From NCBI GenBank assembly GCA_003427395.1, contig BFEA01000013.1:6745038-6809037 (forward strand): a DNA stretch of 64,000 bases, written 5' to 3'. The position numbers and the translations under genes were made by a program. The stretch is from Chara braunii (Eukaryota; Plantae; Charophyceae). Positions 58,670 through 64,000 of this stretch are shown here, piece after piece. The stretch's first letter is position 1, and the number at the start of each line of letters is the position of its first letter. The notes below the pieces were generated by a model, which had not been told where the DNA came from, searched no databases, and worked only from the letters and a program-made list of their open reading frames with translations.

Positions 58670-61355
58670 CTAACTATGCCGGGAGCTGTTTCTAGAAGTT
58701 CTGTTCTAGTAAACCAGCGGTCGTCCTCTGGTTCCTGATAAGCAAACCGGACCTTATACTGTTTCTGTGGACGACCTCTACCTCCTGTTCTAAACACATC
58801 TTCACGTACAATGCAGTCAATGTCATACCTTCGTCCATGTCTGGAGGGATCATGGATCTTCTAGATGGAAACTGTTGACTTGTGACACGCGGCAACAACT
58901 TTGATGCATGAAACACAGGGTAGGTGTGGAGGTGTGTTGAGATCTCTACTGTGTAGGACGGCCCATTTTCTCTGCCCTTGACTTCTAGCACCGGCCATGG
59001 TCCCCTGTACGCTGGCAGTAACTTATGCGAGATGTTTTCCTCAGGAGCAAACTCTTTGGACTTGACCCAGACTAATGATCTTTCTCTTATGATGGATGCC
59101 TCACATGAGAATCTTGAGGCAATTCAACGTATTATGGATGAATTCCGCAAACTCTCTGACATGAAGGTAAACTGGGGGAATAAAACCATAGGTTGGTGGA
59201 TTCACTATCAGGGAGTTAGGCCCCACCTACTCCCGAAGAGGTTGACCCGCTTATGTGGTTGGAGAATCGCGCGTGGCCTCTCCCCAAATCATCCCCATCA
59301 GTCTCCCCAGATATAGTACTTTCTGATCGCCAGGCAGTTAGGGGGGATCTTTCCAGGGATCCTTTCTGGATTGACCTACTAAAAACTTGGAGAAAACTCC
59401 CCATTCCAGATAAAGTAACGCCGGAAAGATGGAAAGAAGTTTGCCAACAACCCTTATTCAATAATACTCTAATCAGAGATGCACATGGTTGCACCCTTCC
59501 CTGCACAGATTCCCCTTGGAAGGGTTGGATTTCAAGAGGAGACACAAGGATTAGAGATATCTGGAATAAGGAGACCAATGATTGGATTGATTTACCGAAT
59601 ATCAATGTCATATTAAAACATTGTCATTATTAGAAGGAAGGTTTGGAACAAATAATAGATATTATTCCTCTTGATTGGGTTAGGATTCTGAAGAAAGGTC
59701 CTACTCTCATGCCAAACGATTGGGTATCCACACATGATCAACCAGGGATAGTAGGAAAGATTAATGAAGTCCATGCTTCTGGCGATGTATTAATGACAGT
59801 TTTTGACTTGAGTGATGACGGATTCCTCAGGAACACTTCACAACAAATTGTGAGTCTAATCCAATCATTCCGCTCATTAAGGATTAGAGTTCTAACGATT
59901 AAGGATAGGNTGNTGGCTTACAAACCAGACACTCCTATTTCCCATCTCCCCATAGACCCTGTAAGTTGGTCCTGGTCTTCTTTTGCATATGCAGGACGCT
60001 CACATACCCAAACTCTTCATACGCTGACGGTAAAATCCACGTACAGAATGCTGCGCCCTATGATTAATTTAAAGGATAGAATTCAGGAGAGATGGATGAG
60101 ACACTTGAATATAAGCAAAGAAGATCTCCAGTCAGTTAAATGGTTCCATTCAACCAAATCCAAACCAGCGAAAGTTTGCATCACTACAATGGCAGATCAC
60201 TCACCGATGTTTGTCAACCAATGATTGGATTATTGATAGAACGACACTGGAGCAAAGGGGTATAGCCCTTCCCTGGTGCAAATTCTGCAGATCTGCCTTT
60301 CCATCCAAATTGATCCCGCAAACCATAGAGCATATATTTCTACAGTGCCCAGGTGCGGTATGGATCTAGCGCTGGTGGGATCGGATTTGGGATCAGATTG
60401 GAACCTCCCTGCCATGGCCATGGTATTGGAAAGCCCTCCTTCTGGAAACCTGGGTCCCATCCAGTGATGATAACTTCACAACCAATCTATTCACGATTGG
60501 AAGAAGAGCTATCATATGGTCCATATGGACGCGTAGGTGTACGTTTGAAATGGAGGGTGCACGGCTCGATGACTCTTCACAGACTCCATTAAACAGCAAG
60601 TCCAATTAGAAATCATTTTCAGATGGGATTTTGTCAAAGCAAAGATTAAAACTCTAAAAAAAGAAAAGAATATCGAGCAGCACATAAAAACATTTAATCA
60701 AAACTGGCTTGGAGGGGACCAAGGAGGTAAAATAGGATAGGTTAAATGGAATGGAGGGTGTGAGATTGCTCAGGATGAGCCCCCAAGAAAGTATATATTA
60801 CACTTTAATGACTGGACCAACATCGATCCCTCCATCCCCCTCAGACCCTTTTCTGAATTCCCTGATCCTTTTCCTCCATCCAAGCTTGCCTTAGTTCCTA
60901 TTTCATGGTATAGACATGCTTGACAGTAGTAGTCTCTGTATTTTGTCTACCTGTCTGCGGGGAAGGTTTTTGGCAGCTAGACACAAATTGCAGTTTTAAA
61001 AGATCGGTATCTCAGCAAGCATCAATATTAGTCCCAGACAAACCGCTGGGCCTATTTTTCAAGGGGGAAAGTCTCTTAAAACAGGAGGATTAGAGGTGCT
61101 AAATGGTCATGATTTTTTGGCGCCCTTTCAGGGTGAAGAGGCACAAGGATGCTCTGATCATTTCAGATGGGACGCTGGGCCCGGTTCCCAGCATGTGTAG
61201 TTCGGTGTCTCTTCAAGTGATCCTGATGTAAAGGGACGCTGGACCCGTTTTCCACCAGGTGCAGCTCCCCACCAATGGAACGGAGCCATCGCGCGCGAAG
61301 GGAGATTAGAGGGGGTATCTGCTCTTATCAGCATCCCCTCTTTTCCCCAGCAAGG

Positions 61356-61391
<36 letters not shown>

Positions 61392-61525
61392 ACCTACTTG
61401 GAACTGCGATGGGCGACGGTGCTTATTGGCTTGCTCTATCATACTATGTTGAGCCTTCCTGAGGTTCTTGACAATTGTAGCTAGTTCTCTCTCGTGCTGT
61501 ATCGCAAACTCCCTGGTACCGGTGT
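58670..61525 (-). pseudogene. Chromovirus-type integrase C-terminus and chromodomain remnant, split by a LINE (parts 61525-61389 and 59075-58670)
   Basis: NLRKAQHSMIEQANKHRRPSQFQVGD|LVWVKSKEF...LLPAYRGPWPVLE...YPVFHASKL; frameshifted chromodomain YDIDCIV...QYKVRFAYQEPEDDRW. Confidence 0.8.
59076..61388 (+). mobile_element. 5'-truncated, internally deleted L1/Tx1-type LINE with poly(A) tail
   Basis: Late RT EFRKLSDMKVNW; QQPLFNN and RIRDIW (homologous to CQPLFEN and RIGDLW of the first LINE); CKFC...TIEHIFLQC finger; A28 tail at 61361-61388. Confidence 0.85.
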
Positions 61526-63505
61526 AGGGCCTTACCCTGTTAGACTTTCAAGCCTGTGTCGACCCGCTGTGAGGAAACCCGGGGAGGGGTCGCCTACCGC
61601 TCGCTGAAGCCAAGGGCAACAACATCTATCACTCGCTGCGCCCGCTTCCAAGGTCCTCAACGACCATCAGGGTGACGGGGAATGTACTGCATGTCATGTT
61701 CCACTTCGAACTGGATTAGATGTCCTCTTTCGTTCCTTAAGAAAAACAACAATTATTTAAACAAAAATTGAATAAAACTTGTCTATCCTGCAAGTCTGTA
61801 ATCTAAGCTCAGTCCTGGGTAATGATCAATCATTCGATCTGCAGACTTGTTGAGGTAAAACAGTTGTTTGTTTCCCGTAGACTCACGCTGACACGATTGC
61901 ATGGATACGGGGGGGGGGAGAACTTGTAAAACACACAAGAGTGTATGAAGCAAAGGGGCAGGTTACAAGGGCAGCACTCAAATATGTCGCGAGTGTAAGA
62001 ATCAATAATGAATCGCAGTTGAATCACTTGGGATATTACCCCATCTCGTCCCAACCAGAAATGCACCATTCTCGAATAAGGATTTCGCTCCGAATGGACG
62101 ATGCAAGTGCCACTGACTCCACAATGAACAACAAATGTCTTGTTTCACGTTCTAGTGTGCAGCCAATGCCCGGGCTGTCTATGAGGTCCTCAGAGTTGGT
62201 TCGGTAAGCGTCTGCCTGCAACTATTCTGCCAATAGGGAATGTATGCTCGATCTAGTATTCGTTCTTTATTTCGCATGCACCTGGCAGCTGCTACGACAA
62301 AGATACCTAGAGCCTGATTAGATACAATTATAAACCTCCAATCTGCTCCCACTTGTGTGCCCTCACGCTACTCGCACTCCCCGCTTCATCTCACTTCCCT
62401 TAACATCTTTTTTTCGTTCACTGTTTCACTCTGGCTCTTAGCTCTCCCCCTTCCCTCTGTGAGCCAATTAGTTGCTCGCTTTCAAAGGACCCAGTCACTC
62501 AATGAGTAAATAACCTCGATTTGAGTGAACGGTCAGGCAAGTCATCAGGTTCAATTCTTGGGCGTGCCCCTAACCCAATCGAACGACTCGATTTTGAGTG
62601 GACCCGCGAGCTAGTTCTCTTACACGATTCTGCTCAAACTGGTAGGGTAGACATCAGGCTCGATTTGGGTGGACCAGCGACCCAACTCACAAACTCATTT
62701 TCGAGTGCCTCGAGCGAACGCAGCAGCCACTTCCACTTTGGCTGTAACTCAAGCCTCTCACGAAAGTTGGTCTTGAGTATGAGAGCAAGCCAACCAAAGA
62801 ACTATCTTTGAGTATGAAGGCGAGCCAATCAATGAACAAATTTTTGGATATGACAAGGAGCCAATCACTGAACTGTATTTTAAATATGAAAATGAGCCAA
62901 TTTTGTCGTCGAACTCGAGCACCCGATCACAGTTTTATGCCTGCTCGCTCACACTCAATGCTCCACGTCTCTTTCCTTTTTCCTCACTTGCTCAAACACA
63001 TGCATCCTGCTAGCAGTTTATATGGCAGTCAGACACATTTCTCTTTCTCTTCGTCTCGTCCCTCGCTCATGATAGCATTTCAGCAATTTGCTCGTGGTCA
63101 GGTTGTAGGCAAATCGAATCTAAGATAACATTATTTACAATTATCACTCGTTTTCCCTTGCTACCGAGGAGAGGGGAAATGGTCCCTCTATCGTACATTC
63201 ACTCACTCGGTCATTCTCTCTTTCTCTCTCTCATCCGACGCACATGCCTCCTCAATCACAAGCGCTCTCTCTCACTACCCACAGATTCTCTCTCACTTAT
63301 CCGCGCGCCCTAGAGGACGCACACATAGAAAAAATAAACCATAACTATGAAAATGTGTCTTCTTATTATTGATACAAGTGGACCCGCCGCGGTAGAGGAA
63401 TAGGGTCAGGCACAGAAGGGGACGAGGGCGAACAATGATTTTCTGTTTCACATATGATGCAATAATGACAACCTTGCATATCCTTCCCATGTCTCTCTCT
63501 TTCTC

Positions 63506-63543
63506 CTGTCTCTTATACACATCTAGATGTGTATAAGAGACAG
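63506..63543. other. Nextera mate-pair junction adapter (artefact)
   Basis: Exact 38-nt double mosaic end. Confidence 0.98.
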
Positions 63544-64000
63544 CCCTACCAATCGTCACCACTTCCCTCCCCCTCCCGTGTCTCGTCACCACCGTCGTCC
63601 TTCCTCTCGAGAGACAGCAACAGAATGCCCGCTCCTTCTCCCGCGCCTTCTCCACCCCGTCCCGTTTCTCCTGACGCTCCTTCTCCAGCCCCTCCTGCCG
63701 CTTCTCCCGGCGACTCCCGCCGCTCCTCCTGCTGCTCCTCCTGCTCCTCCTCCCGCGCCTTCTTCCCTCCTTCCGCTGCTCCCACTCCTTTTCCTGCTCC
63801 TCCTCCGCCAAACAACGTGACAAAGATCCCGCCATAGCCATCTCCTACGAAAAAAAAAGAAAAGAGGCTCCTGCTCCTTCTCCTGCTCCTCCTCCTGCGC
63901 CTCCTCCGCCCCTTCCCGTTCTCCAACTTCTCTGTCCTGCTCCTTCTCCCGCTCCTCCTCCCACTCCTCCTCCCCCTCCCGCTCCTCCTCCAGCTCCTTC

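Noticed and set aside
61600-64000. Host gene exons
   Set aside because: Only short motif-less ORFs and low-complexity C/T-rich sequence; no supportable gene model

Overview
Eukaryotic, gene-free window made of nested, decayed retroelements, with three N-gaps and two Nextera mate-pair adapter artefacts. The repeat families resemble those I associate with the charophyte alga Chara, but that is inference. (1) Element A is a giant minus-strand Ty3/gypsy LTR retrotransposon: 3' LTR 922 to <1, pol 5471-1292, gag 7571-5475, a tRNA-Asp-type PBS at 14950, and a 5' LTR of about 4.2 kb that is split by an inversion (17167-14954 on minus, 21512-~23513 on plus). Between the PBS and gag lies the most striking feature: an operon-like array of about 10 same-strand accessory ORFs (13264-7714). 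They form two paralogous families plus two singletons and are joined almost throughout by ATGA, TGAATG or short-overlap stop-start junctions. (2) Element B2 is a second gypsy family. Its gag (minus) and PR-RT-RH (plus) are separated by the same ~6.6 kb inversion, which has a 57-bp fold-back hairpin at one breakpoint. (3) A Tourist-like MITE and a near full-length L1/Tx1-type LINE. (4) Element B1 is a two-LTR member of the B family (35447-49613). It has a PHD finger in front of integrase, an ATGA-coupled extra ORF after pol, and a TIR transposon with a 6-bp TSD inserted in RT. (5) Satellite arrays and a chromovirus integrase/chromodomain remnant interrupted by a 5'-truncated LINE. No host protein-coding gene, rRNA, tRNA or CRISPR array is supported.
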